Source of the DNA: Gemmatimonadaceae bacterium
Lineage (GTDB): Bacteria > Gemmatimonadota > Gemmatimonadetes > Gemmatimonadales > Gemmatimonadaceae
Reading direction: 5' to 3'
Assembly (NCBI GenBank): GCA_025450035.1
Contig: JANWIF010000012.1
Span: 7,317-71,316 of the forward strand
DNA length: 64,000 nt
Shown here: positions 18,733-27,836 of the stretch, in pieces
Position numbering within the stretch: the first letter of the stretch is position 1
How the letters are laid out: the number at the start of each line of letters is the position of its first letter
The notes under the pieces: model-generated
Databases searched by the model: none
Told to the model about the DNA's origin: nothing
What the model saw: only the letters and a program-made list of their open reading frames with translations
Program-made: the position numbers and the translations under genes

Positions 18733-20849
18733 GCGACCGCCTGGACGTCGGCCACTGGCACGCGGCGCGCCATGTCCATGAGGCGTGGAATGTCGAGGAT
18801 CAGGCCAACGCATCCGTCGCCGAGGATCGCCGCGCCGGCGATGCCCGGCACGTCGCCGATGCCCGCCGTCGCCGGCTTGGCCACGACTTGCTGCTGCCCA
18901 ACGATCGCATCCACGAGTAGCGCGCATCGCCGCTCGCCCGCGCTCACGACCATCAGCAGCGCGGCCGTCGGGTCCTCGCGCGCACCGGCGACCCCGAGCA
19001 GTCTGTGTAGGCGCACCACCGGCAGCACCTCCTGGCGCAGCCGGGCCATCTCGCCGCGCGCGCCCACCGTGAACAGTGCGCTGCGCTCGGGCCGGACGCT
19101 CACGACGATATTCGTGGTCGGGACGATGTACCGTTCCTCGCCCACGCGCACGAGCATCCCGTCGGTAATCGCAAGTGTGAGCGGAACTCGCATCGTGAAC
19201 GTCGTGCCCTCGCCTAACGTCGAACGAATGTCCACGCGCCCGTGAAGGGCCTCGACGTTGCGGCGCACGACATCCATGCCCACCCCGCGCCCCGAGACTT
19301 CGGTGACGTGCTCCGCCGTCGAGAGGCCCGGCGCGAAGATCAGATCGAGGATGTCTGCGTCGGCGAGCTGTTCGTCCGCGTGCACCAACCCCCGCGCGCG
19401 CGCCTGGTCCAGGATGCGCTCGCGCTGCAACCCCCGGCCGTCGTCGCTCAGCTCGATGATCACCTGGCCATTCACCTGCGTGGCGCATAGCGCCAGGCGC
19501 CCCACCATCGGCTTACCGAGCCCGGCACGCTCCTCCGGCAGCTCGAGCCCGTGGTCGATCGCGTTGCGCACCATGTGCATCAACGGATCCGCCACGAGCT
19601 CTACCATGTTGCGGTCCAACTCGGTCATCTCCCCCTCCACTTCGCAGCGCACCTGCTTGCCCGCCTGTTGAGCGAGGTCGCGCGCCAGACGTAGCAGCTT
19701 GTGGCATGTGGCGCGCAGCGGCACCATGCGCATGGCCATGCTCATGTCGTGCAACTCGCGCACGAGCTTGCCCGCGTGCGCTACCTTCCGCGCCAGCTCG
19801 GGATGAGCGCGTCCGGCGTCCGGATCCTGCGCGATCATCCAGTGCGCGACAACCAGCTCGCCCACCAGATCGACCATCGCGTCCAACCGGTCGAGGCGTA
19901 CGCGCGCGCTCGATGCTCCGCCTGCATCGCGTACCGGGGAGCCGGCGCCCTCCGGCGCCCCGCCCGCCGCTGCGCCGCGTCGAGGACTAGGCGAGCCATC
20001 GGCGTGCCGCAGCGCGGCGAGCAGTTCCTGGAAACCCGGCGGGTAGACGAGCGGCGCCCCCTGCCGCGCGGCGTCTAGTCGTCGCACGAGGTCCGACAGC
20101 GTGTCCAACGCCTGGAGCGCAAGATCGGCAGTGTGACCGGTGAACGCGATGTCGCGGCGGCGCATGTCGGCCAGCAGCGTTTCCCCATGGTGGGCGAGTG
20201 CCACAACCCCGTCGAGTTTGAGAAAACCGGCCGTGCCTTTGATGGAGTGGAACGCCCGTAGCACCACCTGCGCCGCCTCGACATCGGACGGATCGCGTTC
20301 CAACGCGAGCATCGCGGCCTCGGCGCTCTCGAGGTACTCGCGTGCCTCGTCGAGAAAGTCGCCGAGCAACGCACGATCGCTTTCCTCGGGGAGTGTGAAG
20401 GGCGTTAGCTCGCCGGTGCGTTCGGCGTCCGATCGCGACTTCCGGTCGGCGTCGCCGATCAGGTCCGACGTGCGCGGCTGCAGCGTGGGCGAGTTCTCAG
20501 GAACCCCCCGCATGATCGCGAGCGTGGAACGCTCCGGCGATTCCAGCAGCGCCAGCCGATCGCGGAGCGCCGGCGACGTGAGATACTTGCGCACGGCGTC
20601 GAGCAATGCGTGCGCGGACTGGTGCAACGCCGGCTGCCGTGGCCCGCGATCGCGATCCGACCGGAACGCCTCGGCGACTAACCGCAGCGAGACGCACGCG
20701 CGCGCTTCGCGCGCCGGAACACGCGCGATAAGACGCATGACGTCGGCGCGGAGCGCGGCGCGTGTCACGAGGTCGGTTGCTCCGAGGGTGCGGAGCGCGA
20801 CACTCACACGATCGAAGTGGGCGAGTAGGGCGCGGGAGGGTCGGGGCAC
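18729..20849 (-). CDS. cheA: Chemotaxis histidine kinase CheA with a ~150-aa N-terminal extension before HPt
   Basis: HPt motif FHSIKGTAGF, kinase boxes HMVRNAIDHG, DDGRG and GRGVGMDVV, and a C-terminal CheW-like domain. The start is uncertain. Confidence 0.9.
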   Translation of the reverse strand: MPRPSRALLAHFDRVSVALRTLGATDLVTRAALRADVMRLIARVPAREARACVSLRLVAEAFRSDRDRGPRQPALHQSAHALLDAVRKYLTSPALRDRLALLESPERSTLAIMRGVPENSPTLQPRTSDLIGDADRKSRSDAERTGELTPFTLPEESDRALLGDFLDEAREYLESAEAAMLALERDPSDVEAAQVVLRAFHSIKGTAGFLKLDGVVALAHHGETLLADMRRRDIAFTGHTADLALQALDTLSDLVRRLDAARQGAPLVYPPGFQELLAALRHADGSPSPRRGAAAGGAPEGAGSPVRDAGGASSARVRLDRLDAMVDLVGELVVAHWMIAQDPDAGRAHPELARKVAHAGKLVRELHDMSMAMRMVPLRATCHKLLRLARDLAQQAGKQVRCEVEGEMTELDRNMVELVADPLMHMVRNAIDHGLELPEERAGLGKPMVGRLALCATQVNGQVIIELSDDGRGLQRERILDQARARGLVHADEQLADADILDLIFAPGLSTAEHVTEVSGRGVGMDVVRRNVEALHGRVDIRSTLGEGTTFTMRVPLTLAITDGMLVRVGEERYIVPTTNIVVSVRPERSALFTVGARGEMARLRQEVLPVVRLHRLLGVAGAREDPTAALLMVVSAGERRCALLVDAIVGQQQVVAKPATAGIGDVPGIAGAAILGDGCVGLILDIPRLMDMARRVPVADVQAVA

Positions 20850-21031
20850 AGGGCGACCCGGGATGGTGAAGGAACCGATGCCGGCGCGACCGAGCGATGC
20901 GCGCCGGGATATTGCATCGACGCGCGCGCTCGGCCGGACGCAACGCTAGTGCCGCGTCACCACGCGTTGCGCGGCAAATGGATGCTCGTCGCTCAGGGAC
21001 CCATGGACCTTCCTCGAACGAAGGAGCAGCA

Positions 21032-21409
21032 ATGTCGAAGACGGTGCTGGTGGTCGAGGATTCCGCGCTGTTCCAGAAGGCGTACGCAGCCGCGCTGCAA
21101 TCCTACGCGCGAGATTCACTGGAAGTGCTGTACGCATCGAACGGCCAGGAAGCGCTCGCCCAGGTCGAACAACGGCCGGCCATTGACCTCATCGTGCTCG
21201 ACGTCAACATGCCGGTGATGGATGGCCCGGCCTTCCTCGAGCGGCTGCGCCGCGACTACGCCTCCCTCGAGATCCCCGTCATGTTCGCCAGCACGCGCGC
21301 GTACGCAATGCGCGACACCATCGGCGACTCGGCGGGAGTCGTCGCCTACCTACAGAAGCCGTTCGCGCCGCGCGAACTGCACGCGCTGCTCGACGGCATC
21401 TGGTCGTGA
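21032..21409 (+). CDS. Single-domain response regulator, divergent from cheA
   Basis: Motifs VLVVEDS, LIVLDVNMP and LQKPF. AAGGAG lies 6 nt upstream of ATG 21032. Confidence 0.88.
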   Translation: MSKTVLVVEDSALFQKAYAAALQSYARDSLEVLYASNGQEALAQVEQRPAIDLIVLDVNMPVMDGPAFLERLRRDYASLEIPVMFASTRAYAMRDTIGDSAGVVAYLQKPFAPRELHALLDGIWS

Positions 21410-21433
21410 GCCGGCGGCGCCCGCGGCCCTGGG

Positions 21434-21466
21434 GTGGGGCCCCGGCGGCCCCCCCCGCCGCCCCAC
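21434..21466. terminator. GC-rich hairpin between convergent response-regulator and HNH genes
   Basis: GTGGGGC-ccc-GGCGG-cccccc-CCGCC-GCCCCAC, with no U-tract. Confidence 0.35.
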
Positions 21467-21471
21467 GACAC

Positions 21472-21870
21472 TCAGGCTGCGAAGGCGAGGCTCACCGCGC
21501 GCCGCGCACCCCGTTTGAGCGCGCGATGCACGACCCGCGCATACGCCAAGAAATTGAGGCCGGCCGCGGGATGCCGAATGAAGAACTCATGCGGCAGCAT
21601 GTCCCCCTTCATTCGATTGCAAGGTGCGCACGCGACCACGAGGTTGCCGGGGGCGTGCGCTCCGCCATGAGCAAGTGGGTACACGTGATCGATGGTGGCG
21701 ATCGACAGCTCGAGCAGCGCGCCGCAATAGACGCAGCGCCGACAGCAATCGCGCATCATGGCGCGTTTGAGCGCGCGTTTCTCCTCATAGCAGCGAGGGT
21801 GAAGGGGTTTACGGGAAAGCCCGCGTGGAGAACGCGGGAAGGCGATGCGGTGAAGAGCATGTCGTGACAT
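21472..21870 (-). CDS. Small stand-alone HNH endonuclease (132 aa)
   Basis: Motif CVYCG..(11)..DHVYPLAHGGAHAPGNLVVACAPCNRMKG. ATG 21870; the longer ORF to 22563 is a GC artefact. Confidence 0.85.
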   Translation of the reverse strand: MSRHALHRIAFPRSPRGLSRKPLHPRCYEEKRALKRAMMRDCCRRCVYCGALLELSIATIDHVYPLAHGGAHAPGNLVVACAPCNRMKGDMLPHEFFIRHPAAGLNFLAYARVVHRALKRGARRAVSLAFAA

Positions 21871-21887
21871 TGCACCTCGCCGAAAAG

Positions 21888-21931
21888 CAGCGACGCCCAG
21901 CATCGGGGATCTCCCGAGCTGGGCGTCGCTG
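21888..21931. promoter_or_regulatory. 44-nt near-perfect palindrome 18 nt upstream of the HNH start
   Basis: CAGCGACGCCCAGC (21888-21901) pairs with GCTGGGCGTCGCTG (21918-21931) at 14/14. The 16-nt spacer itself pairs TCGGGG/TCCCGA. Confidence 0.5.
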
Positions 21932-22198
21932 GATAACGAGACACGCCTGCACGCTCTCGCGATGGTGCATCGGTCTCGACGTCCGTTCGACCCGTGGATG
22001 GCATTCGTCGCGGATCGTGCGTGCTCATGATCCTCCGATAAGCGTGACGCGACAACTCCGCCGTGCGTCACACCATTGCATTCGGAGCACCGTTCGCGCA
22101 AGAGCTTCCGCTCGTCCCTGCCCGCCCATCGCGATGACCCGCCCCGCTCCCTTTCTCCACGCCTCCGCCGCGCCAACGCGCGCGCGGCCCGGCGACCG

Positions 22199-24322
22199 AT
22201 GACAGCGACCGCCGCCGAGGCCGCCGTCGCACTCCCCAGCCGTCCTTCGTGGCTCACCGATGAGATCGTCCGCCGTCTCGTCGTCACGTTTGCCGCGTTC
22301 GTCGTCCCGATAGGCTTCGCGCTGCACCAGTACGTGCGCCCATTCCCGTGGTTGGGCGCGCTGTTGCTGTTCTTCGTTGCTGCCGCGACGCGTGCCTTCG
22401 GCATTCCGCTTCCCGGGAAGGGCTTCGCCAGCTTCGCCGTCGGCGCCGGGATCGCAGCCGTCATCGCGTTGGGCTGGGCCGCGGGCGCGCTGGTGTCCGG
22501 GCTCGGCATCCTCGTCGGCGATCTTGTGGTGCGCCGTCTGCCGCTACGCAACGCCGTGGGCAACGCGGGTCACGTCACCACCGCCTGCAGCATCAGCGGG
22601 ATCGCATACTACTGGATCGCCAGCGGTGCGCTCGGCGCGAACGTGTTTGCATCGTCGAATTCGTGGCGCCTGGGGCTGTTCATCGCGCTCTTCCTCGGCG
22701 TCGTGAACGCGACGTTTTACCTCCAGCTCAGGTTGTCGCCGGCCATTGCCTGGGTCGACGCCCGCCTAACCGCACGATGGGAGAGTACCGTCGCTGTACT
22801 GGCCACATTGCTGGCGCTGACGGCGCTGCGGCTCGCGTATACCAAAGTCGACTCGCGTTGGTACTTCGTGGAGGGGGCGATCCTGATCGGCGTTGCCGCG
22901 CTCACGCATTGGCTGGTGAAGAAGGGGGCGATCGGAGAAAGTCTGCAAATGGTGCAGCGGTTGTCGCGGGTGATGAGTGCGCGTCCCGAGCTGCACCGCG
23001 CGATGGCCGACATCGAGCGCCTCACGCGCTCGCTGGTGCCGTGGCAGGAGATGGGCATCGCCTCGTACGACGCGCGCACGCACGAATTCGTCGTCCTGAC
23101 GGACACCGAGGGTGTGTTGGCCTCCGGCCTGCGCTACCCCGCGGGCGAGGGGATGCCTGGTCTCGCGCTCCGGTTAGGCCGCGCGGTGACCAGGCGCGAT
23201 GCGGGGAAGGATCTGCGCGAGCTCGCGCGCCGCGACGGCTCAGAGATCGTGATCCCTCTCAAGTACGGTGACCGCCTGGTCGGACTCTGGACCGTGCGCC
23301 ATCTGCGCACCGACATGTACCGCGAATACGACGCCTCGCTCCTCGACGCGGTGGCGCCGCAACTCGCGCTCTCGCTATCGCTCGACTCGCTCATCCAGCC
23401 GGTGCTCGATGCGTCCGAGCACATGACGCAGCACGTCGAGTCGATCACCGCCACCACGCAGCAGTTGCACGCGTCGTCGCAGGCAAGTGCCGATACGGCG
23501 CGCCGGCTCACCTCCACGGTCCGCGCGCTCTCGGACACGCTCTCCAAGGGCGCGGACGAGGCGAGGGCGGCACAGGAAATGGCGGAGAGCACGGTGGTCG
23601 AAGGGCGGGGCACGCAGGAGAGCGGCGAGCAGATGTTGCGCGACGCGCGCATCGTACGCGGCGCCACGCAGCAGGCGGCGACGCAGCTCACCGCGGCGGC
23701 GGCGATCGTGCAGGAGGGCACACAGGAAGTGACGCGGCTGCAGGACGTGTCGAGTGCGGTGCAGAAATTCGGACAGACCATCACGTCGCTCGCCGACCAG
23801 ACCGGCCTGCTGGCGTTGAACGCGGCGGTAGAAGCGGCGCGGGCCGGGGCGCACGGGCGCGGCTTCGCCGTGGTGGCGCAAGAAATTCGCGCGCTCGCGG
23901 ATCGAAGCGCGGCGGAAGCGGAAGCGATGGATCGCGCGGTGCGCGACATTCGCGCGGCCCTGGAGCGCGCGGTGACGCTCATGCAGCGCACGCGCAGCGA
24001 GGTGTTAGGCGTAGCCGAGGCGGGCAGCGGCTGGGTGGACGAGCTGGACAGGATCGTGGCCGCGTCGGAGACCGTGGCGGCGGCCGGCTACCGCATCGTC
24101 GATGCCGCGAGAGAGAATGCCCAACGCTCCGACATCATGGCCCTCGCCCTCGCCGGCGCCCAACAGGAAGCGTCACACGCCGCGACCGAAACCGACGTCG
24201 TCGCCGGTGCCAGCACGCAGCAGGAGAGCGCCATCGAATCACTCAACGACGCGGCGACACGACTCAGCCTAACGGCACATGAACTCGAAGGAGCCGTGAC
24301 AGCAGTCCGAAACGCGGATTGA
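22199..24322 (+). CDS. Polytopic (~8 TM) GAF-domain methyl-accepting chemotaxis protein without a recognisable HAMP
   Basis: Eight hydrophobic segments in the first ~270 aa, then a GAF-like region (..[20 protein letters not shown]..) and an MA hairpin [34 protein letters not shown]. Start taken at ATG 22199; the ORF-track start at 22076 is TTG. Confidence 0.85.
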   Translation: MTATAAEAAVALPSRPSWLTDEIVRRLVVTFAAFVVPIGFALHQYVRPFPWLGALLLFFVAAATRAFGIPLPGKGFASFAVGAGIAAVIALGWAAGALVSGLGILVGDLVVRRLPLRNAVGNAGHVTTACSISGIAYYWIASGALGANVFASSNSWRLGLFIALFLGVVNATFYLQLRLSPAIAWVDARLTARWESTVAVLATLLALTALRLAYTKVDSRWYFVEGAILIGVAALTHWLVKKGAIGESLQMVQRLSRVMSARPELHRAMADIERLTRSLVPWQEMGIASYDARTHEFVVLTDTEGVLASGLRYPAGEGMPGLALRLGRAVTRRDAGKDLRELARRDGSEIVIPLKYGDRLVGLWTVRHLRTDMYREYDASLLDAVAPQLALSLSLDSLIQPVLDASEHMTQHVESITATTQQLHASSQASADTARRLTSTVRALSDTLSKGADEARAAQEMAESTVVEGRGTQESGEQMLRDARIVRGATQQAATQLTAAAAIVQEGTQEVTRLQDVSSAVQKFGQTITSLADQTGLLALNAAVEAARAGAHGRGFAVVAQEIRALADRSAAEAEAMDRAVRDIRAALERAVTLMQRTRSEVLGVAEAGSGWVDELDRIVAASETVAAAGYRIVDAARENAQRSDIMALALAGAQQEASHAATETDVVAGASTQQESAIESLNDAATRLSLTAHELEGAVTAVRNAD

Positions 24323-24386
24323 AACCCGGAACGTCGCTACAGACAGTGCGAGCGTAGGCAGCCGAAAACGACGCGCGCCCCGCTCC

Positions 24387-24863
24387 TCACCACGTTCCAA
24401 CCGAGGCGGGAGCAGCGCCGCGCGCCTTACGCATGGGATCCCTGAGATTCGCGATGATCCTCGCCGCGGTTGCATCGAGCTGCGTCCGGTCAGGCATCAC
24501 GGACCCCGCGAAAGGCAGCGGAACATCAAATCCATCCCCTACCCGGCGCGGGATCAGATGGATGTGAAAATGGTAAATGTCCTGCCCCGCCGATTCGCCG
24601 CTCGACACCACCAGGTTCATTCCGTCCGTTCCCGTCACACGACGGATCACGGGACCTAACTGCATGGCCACCGAGAACAGGTGCATTCCGAGCTGCGACG
24701 GGAGGTCGAGGAACGACTCGCAATGTTGGCGTGGCACGACGAGCACGTGGCCGGCGTTCACGGGTTGAATGTCCATGAACGCCAGCGCATCGCGATCCTC
24801 ATAGCACATCGAAACCTCAGCGGCACCCTTGATGATGTCGCAGAAGATGCAGTGGGCCGTCAT
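24387..24863 (-). CDS. HIT-family (histidine triad) nucleotide hydrolase/transferase
   Basis: Motifs CIFCDII, NAGHVLVVPRQH and the triad YHFHIHLIPR. Confidence 0.9.
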   Translation of the reverse strand: MTAHCIFCDIIKGAAEVSMCYEDRDALAFMDIQPVNAGHVLVVPRQHCESFLDLPSQLGMHLFSVAMQLGPVIRRVTGTDGMNLVVSSGESAGQDIYHFHIHLIPRRVGDGFDVPLPFAGSVMPDRTQLDATAARIIANLRDPMRKARGAAPASVGTW

Positions 24864-24978
24864 CGAGCCTCCCTTCGGTGGATCTCATCCTGTGACGCAC
24901 AGCCGGTGCCACCACACCGCACAAGGCATTCGCGATCTCCCTTGCTCGGCCGCCTGACCGCTTCTTATTACTAAGCCA

Positions 24979-27828
24979 ATGACAGCCGTCCAGGCCGCGC
25001 TTGCCCTCACCTTCCTCCTGCAATCGGCCCCCCCCCTTTCGCGCCAGGGCGCAGGGGCGGCGACACAGATCGTTGCATCGGCGACACGGGCCGTCGAACA
25101 CGACAGCCTCGCCCAGGCAAGCGCGACCTGGTCAGAACGGCTGCGGCACGACCCGCGCGATCGCGCATCCCTGCTTGGCCTTTCCGTGCTGGCCGAACGC
25201 ACCTACGATTTTGCGCGCGCCGTCCAATACCTCGATCGCCTCCTCGCCCCCGGCACGCCGCCGGACAGCTACGCGGCATATGGCGCGCTTGAGCAAGCCA
25301 AGACCCTGTTCGGTCGCGGACTCTTGGCCGCTGCCGAATCGGCGTATGTCAGCGCCAAGTCACGCTCGAGAGCGGCTCACGACCGCAATGCCGAATTTGA
25401 GAGCACCTTGGGACTAGCGATGGCTAGAGCACGCACACTGGGCGCGGCGGCGGGAGCCAGCGCCCTGGACAGCTTGAGACGCGTGATGCCACGCGACGCA
25501 CGCCTCGAGGCCAGTTGGCGATGCGAACGGGCGTCCCTGGCAGCCCATTCGGGGGAACGCACCGCTGGCGCACTCGCCACGGCAGGTATCGAACTCGCTC
25601 GTCGCGCCGGCGATGAGCGACTCGCGGCACGCTGCACCTGGATCCTTGCGCAAGACTACGTACGCGAAGGCGACTTGGGCACAGCGGCATCCGTCCTGGG
25701 GCGCGCCGAAACGATGCTCGCGCGCACGCACGAACACGCCGGTCTCGCCGCTGTCCTGCAATGGCACGGCTACCTCGAGGTGTCGGTCGGCAATTTTGGG
25801 TCGGCCCGTCAACTACTCGAGCGCGCGGTGCACGAGGCGCAGACATCGGGCAATCTGTCCTCGCTGGCGTGGTCTTACCTCAACTTGGGTCAGATTTCGT
25901 TTTCGATGAACGACCTGGTCTCTGCCGAACGGCAGGCGGTGCAGGCCGAATCGTCGTTCGAGACCACGCGCGACCGTTGGGGTACGGCGACCGCCATGGG
26001 GCTGCGCGGGCAGGTAGCGTTGGACGTGGGTGACGCGGCGAGCGCGAGCACCCGGTACTCCGAGCTCCTCGACTGGTCGCTTCGGGAGCGCAATCTGCTC
26101 TCTGCCGCCGACGCGCACCTGGGGCTCGCCGATCTGGCGGTGCGGCGCGGCGACTGGCGTGAAGCGCAGGGCCAGCTCGATGCGCAACGCGTTGCATATC
26201 GCAAGAGCGGAGCGACGGGCTGGTCGCAGGGGCTGGGTTTATTCTACGGCATTCTGGCATTGCATCGCGGCGACCTCGGTGCAGCGGCGCGCAACCTGCG
26301 GGCTGACCTCGCCACGCTCGACAGCAGCCAGCATGTGCGCCGCTATCTGTCGAGGGCCACGCTGGCGGAGGTGTCGCTGCGCCAGGGCGACACTGTGGCC
26401 GCGGAGCGCGAGTTGCGCGCGGCGAGCGCGCAGCTGGATGCGTGGCGCGCCACGCTGGGTGACCGCCAGCTCCGGTTGCTCGCGTTCCAGGTTCGCGACG
26501 CCTTTGGCGGGCGGCCGCCGGCTATCGGCTCCCTCATTGCCGGTATCGCACGGTCTGGACGCGTAGACGCGGCGTTCGATCTGGCCGAACGACGGCGCGC
26601 ACGCGTGTTGCGCGACCAGCTCGCGCGGGCGGCCGGACTCCGCCGTACCGCCGATAGCGGCGCCGCGACGCCATCGGGAAGCGCCTCCGCCGTGTCGGCA
26701 CCGGACGTCCAACGCGCAATTCCTAACGACGCCACGGCGGTGTTCGAATACGTAGCCGGGACGGCCGGACAGTCCACCACGCTCTTCGTGCTCACGCGCC
26801 GGGACGTGCGCGCGTACGTGCTCGCTCCGCTCGATTCGATGCGCGATGCGATCGCGCGCTACACCGCGCTTCTCGAGAACGGCGGCGATCCGCGCCCGCT
26901 TGCCAGGCAGCTTGGGGATGCGCTGCTTGCGTCGGCGTTGGACGGATTGCCCGCGACCGTAACGACGCTGGTGATCGTACCCGATGATGCGCTCTGGCGA
27001 ATTCCGTTCGATGCCCTTGCCTTACGCAACGGGCGCTGGCTGATCGAGCGCTACGCCGTCGCCACCTCGCCATCGGCGGGAGTGTCGGTCACGCTCTGGC
27101 ATCGCGCCCTGCACACCGGGCCACCGACGCTGCTCGCGTTCGGCGACCCGAGCTTCGGCGCCGGCGATCGCGAGGACGACACGACTCCGTTGGCGCTCCG
27201 GTCGGCCGCGCGCACGGCCTCCCTGCCCCGACTCCCGGGTACGGCGCGCGAAGTGCGCGAAGTTGGGCGCTTTTTCTCGAACCCGATGATCCGTTTGCGT
27301 GACGACGCGAGCGCGGCCTATCTCGAACACACGACGCTCACCGGGTATCGTGTGATCCACTTCGCCACACACGCGGTCGTGGATGACAACGGAACTACGG
27401 GCGCCGGACTCGCCCTGTCTCCGGGCGACGGCCTCGACGGGTTCGTGAGCGATGGCGATCTCGCCGCCCTGCACCTGGACGCCGATCTGGTCGTGCTCTC
27501 GGCGTGCCACACGGCCGGCGGCATGGTGCTTGGCGGCGAAGGGGTGCGTGGACTCACCGCGCCACTGCTCCAGGCCGGCGCGCGGTCGATCGTGGCCAGC
27601 GAGTGGCCAGTGGACGACGCGCACACGGTGTCGATGGTCGTGGCGTTCTACACGGCGCTCGCGCGCGGTCTCTCCACTGCCGATGCGCTGCGCGACGCGG
27701 CGCTGCGCACGCTCCGCGACGGCGCGGCGCCGCGCGAATGGGCCGCGTTCCGTCTCATCGGCGACCCCACCGTGCGCGTACCCCTGCACGAGCCGCGGCG
27801 CTTGTTCGGATGGCCGTGGTGGCGCTAG
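24979..27828 (+). CDS. TPR-repeat / CHAT-domain (caspase-like) protein with N-terminal signal or anchor sequence
   Basis: The first ~560 aa are helical TPR-like repeats. The C-terminal CHAT domain carries a His (VIHFATHAVVDD) and a Cys (DLVVLSACHTAGG) dyad. Hydrophobic N-terminus MTAVQAALALTFLLQSA. Confidence 0.88.
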   Translation: MTAVQAALALTFLLQSAPPLSRQGAGAATQIVASATRAVEHDSLAQASATWSERLRHDPRDRASLLGLSVLAERTYDFARAVQYLDRLLAPGTPPDSYAAYGALEQAKTLFGRGLLAAAESAYVSAKSRSRAAHDRNAEFESTLGLAMARARTLGAAAGASALDSLRRVMPRDARLEASWRCERASLAAHSGERTAGALATAGIELARRAGDERLAARCTWILAQDYVREGDLGTAASVLGRAETMLARTHEHAGLAAVLQWHGYLEVSVGNFGSARQLLERAVHEAQTSGNLSSLAWSYLNLGQISFSMNDLVSAERQAVQAESSFETTRDRWGTATAMGLRGQVALDVGDAASASTRYSELLDWSLRERNLLSAADAHLGLADLAVRRGDWREAQGQLDAQRVAYRKSGATGWSQGLGLFYGILALHRGDLGAAARNLRADLATLDSSQHVRRYLSRATLAEVSLRQGDTVAAERELRAASAQLDAWRATLGDRQLRLLAFQVRDAFGGRPPAIGSLIAGIARSGRVDAAFDLAERRRARVLRDQLARAAGLRRTADSGAATPSGSASAVSAPDVQRAIPNDATAVFEYVAGTAGQSTTLFVLTRRDVRAYVLAPLDSMRDAIARYTALLENGGDPRPLARQLGDALLASALDGLPATVTTLVIVPDDALWRIPFDALALRNGRWLIERYAVATSPSAGVSVTLWHRALHTGPPTLLAFGDPSFGAGDREDDTTPLALRSAARTASLPRLPGTAREVREVGRFFSNPMIRLRDDASAAYLEHTTLTGYRVIHFATHAVVDDNGTTGAGLALSPGDGLDGFVSDGDLAALHLDADLVVLSACHTAGGMVLGGEGVRGLTAPLLQAGARSIVASEWPVDDAHTVSMVVAFYTALARGLSTADALRDAALRTLRDGAAPREWAAFRLIGDPTVRVPLHEPRRLFGWPWWR

Positions 27829-27836
27829 CATAGCGC

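Noticed and set aside
21410-22198. HNH gene region as a mobile element or prophage remnant.
   Set aside because: No integrase, transposase, terminal repeats, target duplications or tRNA att site were found. Only the gene and one palindrome are present.
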